Of a DNA stretch of 64,000 nucleotides, positions 31,379 to 45,830 are shown piece by piece. How positions within the stretch are numbered: position 1 is the first letter of the stretch; each line of letters begins with the position of its first letter. Both the position numbers and the translations under genes were made by a program. This DNA comes from the human T2T-CHM13v2.0 reference genome, Homo sapiens, in assembly GCF_009914755.1 (NCBI RefSeq), contig NC_060925.1; one strand, given 5' to 3'. The notes under the pieces are model-generated. The model made no database searches. It was not told where the DNA came from and worked only from the letters and a program-made list of their open reading frames with translations.

Positions 31379-32196
31379 TGCTATGGCTTAAATAGGGTTT
31401 GTTTGGCCCCACCAAGTTTCATCCCCAGTGTTGGAGGTGGGACCTGGTGGGAGGTGTTTGGGTCGTGAGGCTTGGTGCCATTCTTGTGGGAGTGAGTGAG
31501 TTCTCACTCTTAGTTCCCCTGAGAACTAGTTGTTGAAAAGAATCTAGCATCTCCTCTTCTCCCTCCCTATCTCTCTCCCCCTCTCGCTCCCTCTCCCTCT
31601 TCTGTCCCCCTCTCTCCCTCCCTTTCCCTCTTCTCTCCCGCTCTTTCTCTCCCTCTCCCCTTCTCCCTCTCTCTCTCCCCCATCCCTCTTTCTCCCCCTT
31701 TCCTCTCTCTCTCCCCCTTCCCTCTCTCTTTCTCCCCCTTTCCTCTCTCTTTCTCCCCCTTTCCTCTCTCTTTCTCCCCCTTTCCTCTCTCTCTCCCCCT
31801 TTCCTCTCTCTCCCCCTTCCCTCTCTGTCTCTCCCCCATCTCTCTCACCCCTCTCCCTCCCTCTCCCTCCCCCTCCCTCTTTCTCTCCCTCCCTCCCTCT
31901 CTCCCTCCCTCCCTCCTTCTTTCCCTCCCTCCCTCTCTCTCTCCCTCGCTTCCTTTCTCTCTCTCCCTCCCTCCCCCTCTCCCTCTCTCTTTGTCTACAC
32001 ATGTTATCTCTGCACACAGGTCCCCTCTCCTTTCTGCCATGAGTGGAAGCATCCTGCAGCCCTCACCTGGGGCAGCACCTTTGCCGCCACCATGCTTCCA
32101 GTACAGCCTGAAGAACCATGAGCCAAGTAAACCTCTTTTCTTTAAAATTACCCTGCCTCAGGTATTCCTTCATAGCAATGCAAATGGACTGAGACA
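31379..32196 (+). mobile_element. MSTB1/2-like solo LTR with internal pyrimidine expansion
   Basis: TGCTATGG...GAACCATGAGCCAAGTAAACCTC...GACTGAGACA; TSD GACGC/GACAC. Confidence 0.9.
31550..31992. repeat. Homopyrimidine (CT-rich) tract
   Basis: about 440 bp nearly pure C/T incl. tandem TCTCCCCCTTTCCTCTCTCTT units. Confidence 0.97.
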
Positions 32197-32869
32197 GACA
32201 CCCACTGACCCCCAACCCCAGGGCTACTTTAGCATATTGGCAAGGCTGGGACCCAAAGAGCCCCTTGGAAATCCTACCTCCTACAAGGCCCTGCAGGGGA
32301 ACAGACACAAGCCCCTCTGCCTGGGCAATGCCAGATGTTCCTTCCCTCCCAGTCTCCAGAGTTTGTAACCATCCTCCCTGCAGTCAGGGGAATCCCTCCT
32401 CTTTTCAATGTTCCCTCACTTTTCCCACCAGATCACACAGCTTAATTCCCAGGGGAGGCTTCAGCTTTAGGGAAATAAAACCTGAATGGAGAAGTGTCTT
32501 GCAGACAAAGTCTCTTCCAGTCTCAAGGCAGCTCAGGCCAGCCGCCTGCCTGAACGGAGACGAGAGAAAACGCCACCATCTCCAAGCGTTGCCCTCACCA
32601 GTGGGCGAGTGGGCCCTGGAGCCCCACTCAGGGTGGATCCCCGAGAATCTGGAGTCAGATTCTGAGGGGCTAGGCTGACCCAGGCACATCCCTGAGATAG
32701 CCCCAGAGGAGGCAGCGTTCAGTGAGGACACACACCCCAGCTGACTGTGACTATGCACAGCGGGCAGCTTGCATCCAGGATTGAAGCTAACTCTGGCTAA
32801 GGAGCCAGCAGCTCCACCTGAAAAGGGCAGGGGAGGCTTCCAGGGATGGAAGCTGTGGGCTTGGCCAGG

Positions 32870-33310
32870 CCAGGTGAGGACAGGGCACCAGCCAGAGGGG
32901 TAGGAGGCTCAGTGCAGGAAAGAGCTGGAGGCTGGACCTTGCACTGGCATCCAAGGAGATAGTGCCAGGTGGCCCTTAGCATCGTGGGCATGGTGTGGGT
33001 GGAGGGAGGAGTTAGGACAGGCAGATGAGGGCCAGTTGTAGGGGCCTTGAATGCCCGGCCAAGGAGCTTGGCCTTTATCCTGTGGGCAGTAGGGAGGCCA
33101 CAGAAGGGTTTTAAGTGAAGAGGCTGTGCCCAGATTTGAGTGTTGAGAAACCATACTGGCCACAGGGTGGCTAGCAGAGTGGATAGGAGAAGGAGGGGAA
33201 GGGGTGCAGGGGAGAGGCAAGGAGGCCAAATTAAAAGTGACTGCAATCATTCAGGTGGTGGTGACCCAGACAGCGGTCTGGGATAAGGGGTGGGGAAGTA
33301 GAATCTCAAC
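32870..33310 (-). mobile_element. L2 relic
   Basis: GGAGCTTGGCCTTTATCCTGTGGGCAGTAGGGAGGCCACAGAAGGGTTTTAAG. Confidence 0.65.
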
Positions 33311-33619
33311 TGGGCTCGCCAGATAGGCACAGGAGCTGTGCCCTGGCCAGGTGGTCTCCTGGGCCAGGGCACAGCTCCTGTGCAAACTGCCATCCAGCTG
33401 TCCCTCCACTGTAGAGGACTGCTTCCTTCAAGCCCACAGACAGGACCCTGCTGGCCTCCCAAGGTCAGTATGGTTGGGGCAGCAGCAGTTCAGAGCCCAC
33501 CCCACCTCAGCGGCAGCCCAAAGGCTGGGAGGAGCCCTGGGGAGGCCTGGCCAAGGCTTGCAAGTGCTAGACTGGAGGGCTGAGACCTTGAACCTGTCCC
33601 AGGGAATCCCATTCATAGT

Positions 33620-34035
33620 CACGCACACAGGCATGCATTACACACCACACACCCTCACACATACAGGCACACCCAATTCACCTGACCCAATAGAAGGCAC
33701 ATGCCACAATCACACACGTGGCACCTGCCTTGCATGCACTTGACATCCCACCAGCTGGATACTCATATCATACTGACCTCCATGTCCCCAAAAATGATCA
33801 CCACTCACACAAAACCCATTCTTCACTACCCCGGAAACACCCAGACATCACACACTCCATGCAACTCACACCCCATCCAGACCCACACCACCCAAAACAA
33901 TATACGTTCCTTGTACTCAAACATCAGACACACCATGAAAACACACAAACCAGTACACACCACCCACCCTCCCACATCTAAGCTGGCCTGCCCACCACAC
34001 ACACACAGGCAGGTGCCCCTTACACACCACACACA
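33620..34035. repeat. Degenerate CA-rich low complexity
   Basis: cacac/acacc runs. Confidence 0.7.
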
Positions 34036-34226
34036 GGGCTGAGGGAGGTCCCAGCCAACCTCCACTCCCAAACCTGCATATCCATGTCCACGGGGCTGGA
34101 GCTGCCTGAATGAGGCACCTTTGTCTGACTCACAAAAAGGCAGTACTGGTTTAGGGTAAACATGGCCTGCAGAGCTGGCTGAAATTTTCAAACCAAACAA
34201 TGCCTGATAAAGACTTCTGTCTCTAG

Positions 34227-34500
<274 letters not shown>

Positions 34501-35751
34501 AGAGTTATGTCTCTGGGAACAAACTACGTATCCACAGCTATGTAACAGTTACCTCCATCCTTAGTGAATCACAATGTACATCCAATTATAAATGATGGGA
34601 AAACTCCGATATCAAAGGCTAAGTTAACATGTATGTGATGCTTGGTGCATGCAATAAATTCCATTTTTTATTATAAGCAGATATACTGGGGTTTTTTTTA
34701 ACTAACAGAATATCATTTTACCTTCTCCACTAAATAAATGTTGTACAAATATTTAGAGAATATTGACATAAAGTGGCACCAAACTGGCCTGCTTGGGAGG
34801 TCCTTCTGTCTCCATCTGGCCCTGCTTAGCTGAGATCCCTCCTATGGCCTTTCCAACATGGTGGGCAGGGAGGGGCGGTGGGCCTGGCACGCTCGGTGGG
34901 CCGACGGTGCCTGGTGCTGGCTGCATCGGCCGCAAGGAGGCTCTGGCCAGCAAGACCGGCTGCACACCTAGAGGGAGGCTGACTGGAGGTATTACTCCTA
35001 GAGGGGCTGTGGTGGATCTTTCTAAGCCCACACTTGACTCTGTCCACACAGAACTCGCCTGTGTGTGGTCTTTGGGGAGGCTGCACGGGAGCAGCATACT
35101 GATCAGGCTGGAAGGAGAGAAAGAAAGAGAAAAAACACCTTCAAACAGCAGAGCTTCATATTCGTCGTTGGCTCTAAAAGACCCAAGAACACAGATGTGC
35201 ACAGGCCAGCCCTGAGATAGCCACACACCATGACACACAAAAGACACAGAGGCAACGTGTATGCAGAGACAACCTGCAGACAGAGACAGCTCACAGCTGC
35301 TGGCGCAGAGCAACACTCGTGTCCCAACACATACACAAAGCACAGAGGCAAAAGCCAGCATGCCAGGCAGACAGAACCAGCCCCAAAAGCCCCTTCACAT
35401 GCCGGACAGACACACTTGCATGCACGTAGGTACCCAGCACCTGCACACAGGGATGTGCCCCCGCACGCGCAGCGGTGCTGAGACACACTCCCGAGCACAC
35501 CCCACAGCCACTCTGAATGCCTCATCCTTGGCAGGTGGGAGCAGGTGTCTCCTTGCAGGCGACCCTGCTCCCCACCTTCTCTCAGCCTTGAGGCCAAGGG
35601 CCAAGGGCCGTCGGACCCCCTGCTGTGACTATAGTGGGCATGAGATCTAAATGACCCAGACCTACCCCACAGGAGGGAAAAGAAGGTCCTGACATTTGTT
35701 GGCTCACTCCTCTCAAACCCCTGCCACTGGGCAATTCAGTGCGTACTGGAA

Positions 35752-36345
<594 letters not shown>

Positions 36346-36552
36346 GGCTTCCCAGGGTCTTGCGGGCATCCCTGGTCTCCGCAGGACTGCCCCAATCAAC
36401 AAGATCCTGAGGGTGTGAAGGTGCCCCCTCTCTGCCCTTCAGCTCGCCAAGGAAGCCCTTGCCACACTGGGTCCGACCCACCCACCACGAAGACCCTTTT
36501 CTAAGTGCTGGTGGCACTTAGAAAAGGCGCCGGGCACGCCCATCTGCGCACT

Positions 36553-36573
36553 GCGGCTGCCCCCTGCTGGACA
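36553..36573 (-). promoter_or_regulatory. CTCF core motif (reverse orientation)
   Basis: GCTGCCCCCTGCTGG 36556-36570 = CCAGCAGGGGGCAGC on minus strand, fits CCASYAGRKGGCRS. Confidence 0.6.
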
Positions 36574-37699
36574 GAGCCAGTCAGGCCCAGCTGCTGGCAT
36601 GACCTGCCTCTCCCACACAGGGCAACCCCAGGCTGAGCTGTTAGGGGAGCCAGAAGCACATGGCCCTCAAGAGAAGTCCCCACACCTTCTGCAAGAGTCC
36701 ACAAACCGTCAGCTCTGCACCCTCCTACAAAACCCCAGCTACCTCTCTGGTCCCAGCTGTCTCAGGCCTAGATGATCACAGGTATTTTCCTTTGTTCATC
36801 TACTCAGTGGTAGCCAGCAATGCTGTGCTGGACTGACCAGTCCTGGCAGCTGGGGCTGCAGAGATGAATAAGGAAGGGAACTGACAAGTCCTCCCATGCC
36901 CAGCCATCTTCCAACAGCTGCCCAAGCCACCTTCCTCCAGCTGCCTATGTCCTTGCTACTCCACAGCCCTTGGTGCTCCCTCCTGCCCTTAGGATAAAGC
37001 CCAGGCTCCTCACAGCCGGGCTCCTGCTGCCCAGAGCACATCTCTTCTTAGTCTCCCGGAAGGCCTTCCACCCTGGGACTGCCTGGCAAACTGTCATTCG
37101 CAGTTCTACTTTCTACTTATGCCACCTCCTCCAGGAAGCCTTCTCTGACCTCCTCCCTCCACCAGCCTTCATATCCATTAGCCACTACCTCCTCTTTTCC
37201 CCTGAACATTACATACTTGCCTCTTATACTGATTCTCTGTTTATGTGTCTGCCTCCCTCCCCTCTAGACTTGGGGTTCCCGGTGGGGCGGGGGAGGTTCA
37301 GGGACCTGGGATCGATAAAGGTCTGTAGAATTAATGAAGCCTTCTCCAACCTGCCCAGTCCATAGAAAGCTCTTCTGTCTCTGGGTGCACCACACCAGTA
37401 GGCTGAGTGCCTCCCTCAGAGAAGCAATCCCTAGGGCAAGGAAGAGAAAAAATAACAGCTATGACACTACTAAAGCACATGCTTACTAGGTACCAGATGT
37501 GTATTCGATTCCACATGTTTTACATATATCAATTCATTTAACCCTCACAACATTATTATGAGCTAGATGGGAAACCTAAGGTACGGAGAGGTTAGATAAC
37601 TTGCCCAAGCAAACATACAGCTGTCAGTCTAGAGCTGGGATCCTGCCCAGGAGTTGGCTCCAGAGGCCATACTGTTAACCATGTTAACCACATTTTCCG

Positions 37700-38024
37700 G
37701 TTTTTTGTTTGTTTGTTTGTTTGTTTGTTGTCGTTGTCTTCTTTTTGAGACAAGGTCTCGCTCTGTTGCCCAGGCTGGAGTGCAGTGGCACAGTGGCTCA
37801 CTGCAGCCTCCACCTCCCAGGCCTCAATAGATCCTCCACCTCAGCTTCCTGAGTAGCTGGGTCTACAGGTGCGTGCCACCACGCCCGGCTAATTTTCTTG
37901 TAGAGACGGGGTTTTGCCATGTCGCCCAGGCTGGTCCCACTCCTAGGATCAAATGATCCACCCGATCACCCGCCGTGGCCTCTCAAAGTGCTGGAATTAC
38001 AGATGTGAGCCACTGCCTGTGGCC
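37700..38024 (-). mobile_element. AluJ in MIR context
   Basis: (TTTG)n tail then antisense Alu; MIR at about 37480-37690. Confidence 0.9.
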
Positions 38025-38411
38025 CACACTTCCCTCTCAAGGGAAGAGAATGTTGGTGGAGAACCCATGTCCATTGCGGCCCTGAGCTGCCTCCCAGGCA
38101 CCTCCTACGGGAGACAGGAAAGGTCTTCGCAGGAGAGGCCAGACCCAGATTCCCTAGCCATCCGCTCTAGGGCTGTGGCTTCTTTCACTTCCTTCTTAAT
38201 TTTTCCAACAAGAACAGATGCCACTGCAGCTGACAACTGCCTGTGTGAATGGAAAGGCGGATCCAGCCCCTCATTTGTCTGGTGAGAAAATGAAATTGGA
38301 CAAGGAGGCAGCTGAGCTTCGGGAGACCTGGAGGATCCAGGGGTGGTGGCAGGCATAGGAGGGCACCCAACAGGCAGGGAATGCAATACAGGGACAGGAT
38401 GGTAGGTCTGA

Positions 38412-38748
<337 letters not shown>

Positions 38749-40059
38749 TCCAATACTTTCTTCCTTTGTCTCTCCCTCTCTTCTTCCCTTCCTTATGTCC
38801 TTCCTTTCTTCCTTCCAGACATGGTGAGCAACTACCAGATACTCCCCCGTGCTGGCTCCTGGGAACACAAGGGAGAAGGAGTCACTAGCATCGTACTCAA
38901 GGAGCTCCCAGTCTGGAGAAACAGACAGGGCCAGACCATCAGTGAGTGCTATGATGGAGCAGATTCTGAGGTCCATCTGTCTGGGCTCCTATCAGCTTCC
39001 GCCACTTCCAAGCTGTGTGAATTGCACAAAGTATTTAAGTTCTGCCTCTGTAAAATGGGATACTCAAGACACCTGCTTCACTGAGTGTTAGAAGGATTAA
39101 TGGAGTTAACACATGTAACATGCTTCGGAATCGTGCCTGGCACACAGCAAGCTCCTTCTACCACATCTCCCAGGAATGTAGCCCCTCACCAAATCCCAGG
39201 ATCCTCCTTGCTGCTGTTCCTTTTACTCCTCTGTTGTTCCTCACACCCCCTCACAATCTAGAAGTAGCCCCTGAGGTCTAATCACTATCCCTCCGGTTGC
39301 AAGGCACTTATCATCCACAGCAGATATTTACATGCACCACCCATAATAGGCATCACACTGAGCTCACCAGGGGAGCTGTCTAAGCATACCAGGGGAGGGC
39401 CCCTGGTGACTCCGAGACCCTGGTCTTGGGAGAGGATAAGAGTTTGGCCTGGGGTAGAACAGCTCCCTGCCCCAAACCAGGTGTGTCTGCCTCACCAGTC
39501 ACTCAGGCCTGGGGTGGTAAGTGGCAGCCCTAACTGCAGAAAGCTGCCCCACCACTGGCTTCTCAGCCAGACAATTCTTATTGATAGCTGGCCTCAGGCT
39601 CTCTAGCTGTAGTGCCAAGGGTCACATTCTGACAGAGCAGAGGGAATGCTGGGGTGACCTGCAGAGGATGTTCTCCCTGACTCGGCCCCAGCCATGCAGC
39701 CCACGGTCCCAGGGAGCAAAGTTACAAGGTCAAGGAGTTGGGGCACACCTCTGGCCTTAGCAAACCCCTCAAAGATGAACTCACAGTTGTGGATCTGGTG
39801 TGTCAAGCCTGACTTTGTACATGTCTTTGGGGTGAGGATAGGTGTGTGTTTGTCTCTGTGCTTTGTGTAATGGTAGCTCCCATGTCTGTGTCTACTTGTG
39901 TCTCTGCAGCAGCATGTCTACGTATCCCTGGGACACTATCCTTGGCTGATCACCTTGTTATCATTGTCAACATCATCCACAGAGCACCCACTTTGTGCTT
40001 CGCCTACATGTTTTCATTCACTCCTCATAAAAAAACTTCCTGACTCCAACCCTTCCCCA

Positions 40060-40520
40060 AACCCTAGGCAAATAGAGTCTCAGAAGCTAGCATGTCAAGC
40101 CCAAATCCCATGGTGGGGTCTTTGAGGCCCCTCACAATCTAGCCTAAAGCCATTTCTCATGCTGTAACTCCCATTCTCCTCTCTCCTGTACCCTCCTTCC
40201 AGTCCTTTGCCTATGCTGTTCCCTCCACCCGAATCCCTACCCTTCACATCCAGGAAACCACTATTCACTTTGCACAACCTTGCTCCCTCTGGGAAGTCTC
40301 CCCTGATGGCCCTGCCACCTCCTCCAGGAAGCCTTCCCTGACTTACCAAGGTTGACACCATCAGCCTGGGCTCTGTGCCTCTGATGCCACCCTGGATGGT
40401 CCTTACTTCTTCCATACCAGCTCCTTGAGGACAAGGCAGAGTCCGATTCCGCCAAAGAATCTCCACCCTGGCACACAGTAGGTATTCAGGAAGTGGCTCA
40501 GTGTGTGCTTCTTGGTTGTT
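40060..40520 (+). mobile_element. L2 relic
   Basis: CCTTTGCCTATGCTGTTCCCTC...CCTCCTCCAGGAAGCCTTCCCTGAC...CTGGCACACAGTAGG. Confidence 0.7.
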
Positions 40521-40979
40521 GATGGGTAAAGGGAAGCAAGAGGGTAGCCCAACGTCCATCCATTCCCTGCATCTGCCCCCAGTTGCGCCCAAGGGAGCAC
40601 CTCTGCTGTCTCTCCTGGCTCATCTGGAAGGGCACAGGCACTTGGTCTGTCACAGGCTCCTCAGACCTAGAGGAGCTCTGCAGGAGGCTGCCCAGGGGAG
40701 AACAGACTTCTGCTTGAGACTGATTCTCCCCCTCTCCCCAGAACAGCTACTCTCCCCAGACCTGAGGTCAGTCCCTGGATCCCTACAGCCGCCCACTGCC
40801 ACCACCATCAAAGAGGCCTCCCTCTGAAGGGGCGGGGTGGAGGAGGCATGGCAGAGGGAGAAGGAGGGAAGCAAGGTGGGGAGATAAAAGGCTGAAAGGA
40901 GAGGGATAGGAGGGAAAGGGGGAGAGGAGAAAGGAGGACTGAGCATTTGCTTCTGTGTCTTTGCAGGCTGTTACTTCCC

Positions 40980-41110
40980 CCTAGTTAACAATTGCAGTCC
41001 AAGCACAGCCCCCAGCCCCTCCTAATTACCATGATTAGCACTAAGCGAGCTGCTGCATTTTATGACTCTCCGAACCAAAAAAATAATTAAAGCAATTACT
41101 GTCATTAACA
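40980..41110. promoter_or_regulatory. Candidate SOX/homeodomain enhancer
   Basis: AACAATTG, CTAATTAC, TGATTAG, TTTTATGA, TAATTAAA, CAATTAC within 130 bp. Confidence 0.35.
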
Positions 41111-41672
41111 CTCTGCCCTCTTCACCACCTTCTCTGAGAGTGAGCAATGAACAGGCCCCAGGGAGTCATGACTGAACCCCTAGCGCCTCCCTCCTCCCCT
41201 TCCATCCCCCACCACCACCACCTGCCACCTCCAGGACCACAAGCCTGGACAGCTCGAGCCACCAGCAAGGCTGAGAGGCAGCAGGAAGGGCCTCAGTAGG
41301 CCCCAGGCAGACCCCCCACATGCCTGGAAAAGCTAGAGCCAGGCCCTGGGAAACTGCACAGAGAGGCTGAGGCAGGAACTCCCCCCAAAACCACCCAGAT
41401 CGAAGCTTTCTTTCCCAGATACTTCCTCCTTCCCATTCCCCACCCCAGGCAGGAGTCCACCAGGCCCAGACACCCCTGAGAGTTGGCCTTGTCCCTCTGC
41501 AACTCCTCAATGCCAGGGCCCCCAACCCCACAGGCAGGTCTCCCTCAAGCCCTAATCTCTCTGACTCCCAAGTCTCCCATCACAGCCCAGCCCAATGCTC
41601 TGCCACCCCACAACTGACTGGTCAGATCACCTAACACCTCAGAGCCTCAGTTTCCTTATCTGTAAAATGGGC

Positions 41673-42034
41673 TCTATTGAGTTAGCTCCAACTACTATAA
41701 CTAATACCACAGACTGGGGGGTTTAAACAACAGATATTTATTGCTCACAGTTCTGGAGGCTGGGAAGTCTAAGAGCAAAGTGCCAGCAGATTCAGTCCCT
41801 GGGGAGGGCTCTCTTCCTTACTTGCAGACAGCTGCCTTCTCGCTGTGTCCTCATATGGTGGGGGATGGGAGTCTCCAGGGTGTTTATTCTTATAAGGACA
41901 CTAATCCCATCACGAGGGACCCCCTCCTGAGCTCATCTAAACCTAATTATACCCCAAAGGCCCCATCTCCAAATACACTGGGGATTAGAGCCTCAACTTA
42001 GGAATTTAGGGAGGTCACAATTCAGTCCATAGCA
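41673..42034 (-). mobile_element. MLT1A-like solo LTR inserted in MIR
   Basis: CTCACAGTTCTGGAGGCTGGGAAGTC...ATTCAGTCCATAGCA; perfect 5-bp TSD TGGGC; MIR halves either side. Confidence 0.92.
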
Positions 42035-42357
42035 TGGGCTTTGAAATGTCTGTGGAACAACCACTTCTTCACAAGTCTCTTTGAAGATTAAATGAGGTCA
42101 TCAACACAAGGCACCTAAAACAATGCCTGGCACATAGTAGGTCCTCAGTAACAGTGGTTCTCTTCCAAGCTTCCCCTCAAGCAGATGACGGCTGGGGTAG
42201 AGGTAGAAGATTTGCTGAGGAGGCTGGGTAGGGGCCAGGCTCTGTGCTGTAATGATCCACCAGCCACTGGAACCACAGTACCTGTGACCCAGGATTACTG
42301 TGGCAGCCTTCTAACTGGTCTCCCCGTTTCTGTCCCTGCCTCTCCAACCCCTCTTCA

Positions 42358-42732
<375 letters not shown>

Positions 42733-43042
42733 TCATTTCTATGCTCAAAATCCTACCATGGTTTCCCATCTCACTTGGAGTTAAACCTAAGTTCTTAAAA
42801 TGGCCTCCAAGGTCATGTTCTTCTCCCACTACCCATCCCCCTCACTCACTCTGACCTCAGACATAACTGATGTACTCTCACCAATCTGGAACCCTTCCTC
42901 CCAATACAATTCACCTCCTTCAAGACTATCGAATGTCTTCCCAATGATGCAACTCTGACCCAATACCCCGTCACACGCTCCCAATCCCCCTCACCCTGTT
43001 TTACTGTTTCCTCCTGTGCTTAACCTTTTAACATGCATTGTA

Positions 43043-43640
43043 GGCTGGATGCAGTGGCTTATGCCTGTAATCCCAGAACTTTGGGAGGCCAAAGCAGGAG
43101 GATCACTTGAGCCTGGGAGTTTGAGACCAGCTTGAGAACACTGCAACATAACCCCATCTCCATCAAAAATAAAAAAAATCAAAAAATTAGCTGGGTGTGG
43201 TGGTGCACAACTGTAGTCTCAGGTATTCAGGAGGCTGAGGTGGGAGGATCACTTGAGCCCAGGAGTTCAAGGCTGCTGCAGCCCAGGCAACAGAGCGAGA
43301 CTCTGTCTAAATAAATAAATAAAATAATATTGAAACGATCGATTTTGTTTTGTATATTTTAACACAATTTTAAATTTTTAATTTTAAAAAAAAGCACTAG
43401 TCTGGGCAACATAGTGAAACCCCATCTCTAATAAAAATAGAAAAATGTGTGGTGGTGCCTTCCTATAGTCCCATCTACTGAGGGGGCTGAGGTGGGAGGA
43501 TCACCTGCGCCCAGGAGATCGAGGCTGCAGTGAGCCGTGATCATGCCTCTGCACTCCAGCCTGGGTGACAGGGTGAGACCCTGTCTCAAAAAGTAAATAG
43601 ATAAATAAATAAATACAAATAAAAGTTTTAAAAGAAAAAA
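43043..43640 (+). mobile_element. Two AluJ copies (43043-43325; partial 43397-43640)
   Basis: GGATCACTTGAGCCCAGGAG J-type motifs. Confidence 0.9.
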
Positions 43641-44431
43641 AAACCCTCCAGAAAACGAAAAGCTTGATGCGACTCTGAAGTCTAAGGAGAGGTGCTTCGA
43701 AGCCCGGCATAGCGGTGGGTACAGGCCATCTCCTCACCCCCACAAGTTGTCCCCAGGCCATGGGTACCACGTGACGCTGCTTCTCTGTGCCCCACCTCAC
43801 CATGTTGGGATCCAAGTGTGGCTCATATTTCTTCTCAGAGTCCATTTAAAATGACTTTGAACCCCCAAAACCCAAACCAAACATGGTCTATTTCTCCATG
43901 AGATTCTAAAACAGGCAAAAATATGGTTTAATTCCTCTCCACGCCCCAAGCATTGGCCAACAAGCCTGTCTAGAGTAACGAGAATGTTCGACATTCTATT
44001 TGACTAGTCTATTTGACTATTGCTTAGGGCCCAGGCTCTGTAAAATTAGATGTTTACTTGTAGAAAACTGGTAAGGGGCAAGTGATTTCCATCCACTAGA
44101 GAAAATAATCCCAAAAGGTTATGGTTTTAATGTCCTATAGGCTATCAACCAATTTCATATCTAATTTAGTATCTTATTCCATCATCATTTTTCATGCGAG
44201 TTTCTCATATTCTTCTTTGAACCACCTTGTTTAAAGATTCTCTCATTGAGCTAAATAATATTTTGATGGTGCTCACTGTGTATTGCATGAGAATTATGGT
44301 TTTAATATTTTGAGAATTATACTTTGGCATCTGGGGGATCCAGACAGGTGCTTGTATGTTCCACACACAGTCCTGGGGCCACTTCTCAACTCACTGTCTC
44401 ACCGCTCCTTCTCCTGCCGGCTTCTCTTGCA

Positions 44432-45108
44432 TCCCCTCCGCTCTCCCTCTCTCTGTCTCTCTCTCTCTCTCTCCCTCCACTCTCCCTCTCTCTGTCTCTC
44501 TCTCTCCCTCCACTCTCTCTCTCTCTGTCTCTCTCTCTCCCTCCACTCTCCGTCTCTCTCTCTCCCTCCACTCTCCCTCTCTCTGTCTCTCTCTCTCCCT
44601 CCACTCTCCCTCTCTCTCTCTCTCTCCCTCCACTCTCCCTCTCTCTGTCTCTGTGTGTGTGTGTCTCTCCCTGTCTGTCAGTCTTTCTCTCTCTCCCTAT
44701 CTCTCTCTCTTTCTCTGTGTCTGTCTCTGTCTGTCTCTCTCTGTCTCTCCCTCTCTCTGTGTTTCTGTCTCTCTATTTCTGTCTGTCTCTTTCTCTGTCT
44801 CTCTCTGTCTCTCTCTCTCTTTCTCCGTGTCTGTCTGTCTCTCTGTGTTTGTCGGTGTCTCTGTCTCTGTGTCTCTCTGTGTCTGTCTCTGTCTTTTTCT
44901 GTCTCTCTCTGTCTCTGTGTGTGTCTGTCTGTCTCTGTGTGTGTGTGTCTGTCTGTCTCTCTGTCTCTCTCTGTGTGTGTCTCTCTCTGCCTGTCTCTTT
45001 CTGTCTGCCTCTTTTTCTCTCTCTGTCTCTTTCTCTGTCTCTGTGTGTGTATGTATGTCTGTCTCTGTTTCTGTGTGTCTGTCTGTCTCTCTTTCTCTCT
45101 GTCTCCCT
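44432..45108. repeat. Compound repeat: about 30-bp CT minisatellite grading into (TCTG)/(TG)/(TC) microsatellite
   Basis: repeated CTCTCTCCCTCCACTCTCCC units 44432-44650, then TG/TC mix almost devoid of A. Confidence 0.95.
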
Positions 45109-45521
45109 GCTCCCCCACCCCCACCACTGTCTTTCCTCCTTCTGTCTTCATTTGCTGCAGTCAGGGTTCCTACACGGCTACACTGACAGCTACACAGTGT
45201 TCCCTTGGGACCCTGGACTGTACACCCATTCTCAGGGTCCCTATTGTATGGGAGAGCACAGCCACCAATGAAAGCTTCCTCAGGCCTCCCCACACCTGAA
45301 AATCCCTGTTCTTCTCTGCTCCCACCCAGGCCATAAAACCAGGTCACATCCATAGCAAACTCTGCTTGAAACGCAGTCATTATGAAACAGAATATTTAAC
45401 ATCTCAGTTTGCATTCCACCACTTACAGTTCTTCCAGGGCTCTTCCCAGACAAGCAGGTGGTGTTTGCCTTATTCCTATAAAGGACCTGTCCCAGTGATT
45501 TTATTAAAATGAGAGGAGAAG

Positions 45522-45830
45522 AGGTTGGGTACCGTGGCTCATGCCTGTAATTTCAGCACCTTGGGAGGCCAAGGTGGGAAGATCCCATGAGACCAGGAGT
45601 TTGAGATCAGCCTGGGCAATATGGTGAGACCACCATCTCTACAAAACTAAATAAATAAATTAGTCAGGTGTAGTGGGTCATGCCTGTAGTCCCAGCTAGT
45701 TGGGAGGGCAAGGTGGAAGGATCATTTGAACCCAGAAGCTTGAGGCTGCAGTGAGCTATGATCTCACCACTGCATTCCATGCTGGGTGACAGAGCAAGGC
45801 TGTCTCAAAACAAAAACAAAAACAGAAAAC
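45522..45830 (+). mobile_element. AluJ
   Basis: diverged dimeric Alu. Confidence 0.9.

Noticed and set aside
34753-35650. Overlapping 130-200 aa ORFs on both strands
   Set aside because: GC-rich and CA-rich low-complexity sequence; no homology recognised
44283-45380. Longest ORFs (338, 315, 276, 227 aa; Leu/Ser/Cys- or Arg/Glu-rich)
   Set aside because: They are translations of the CT/TG simple repeat, which cannot contain stops; open in multiple frames on both strands
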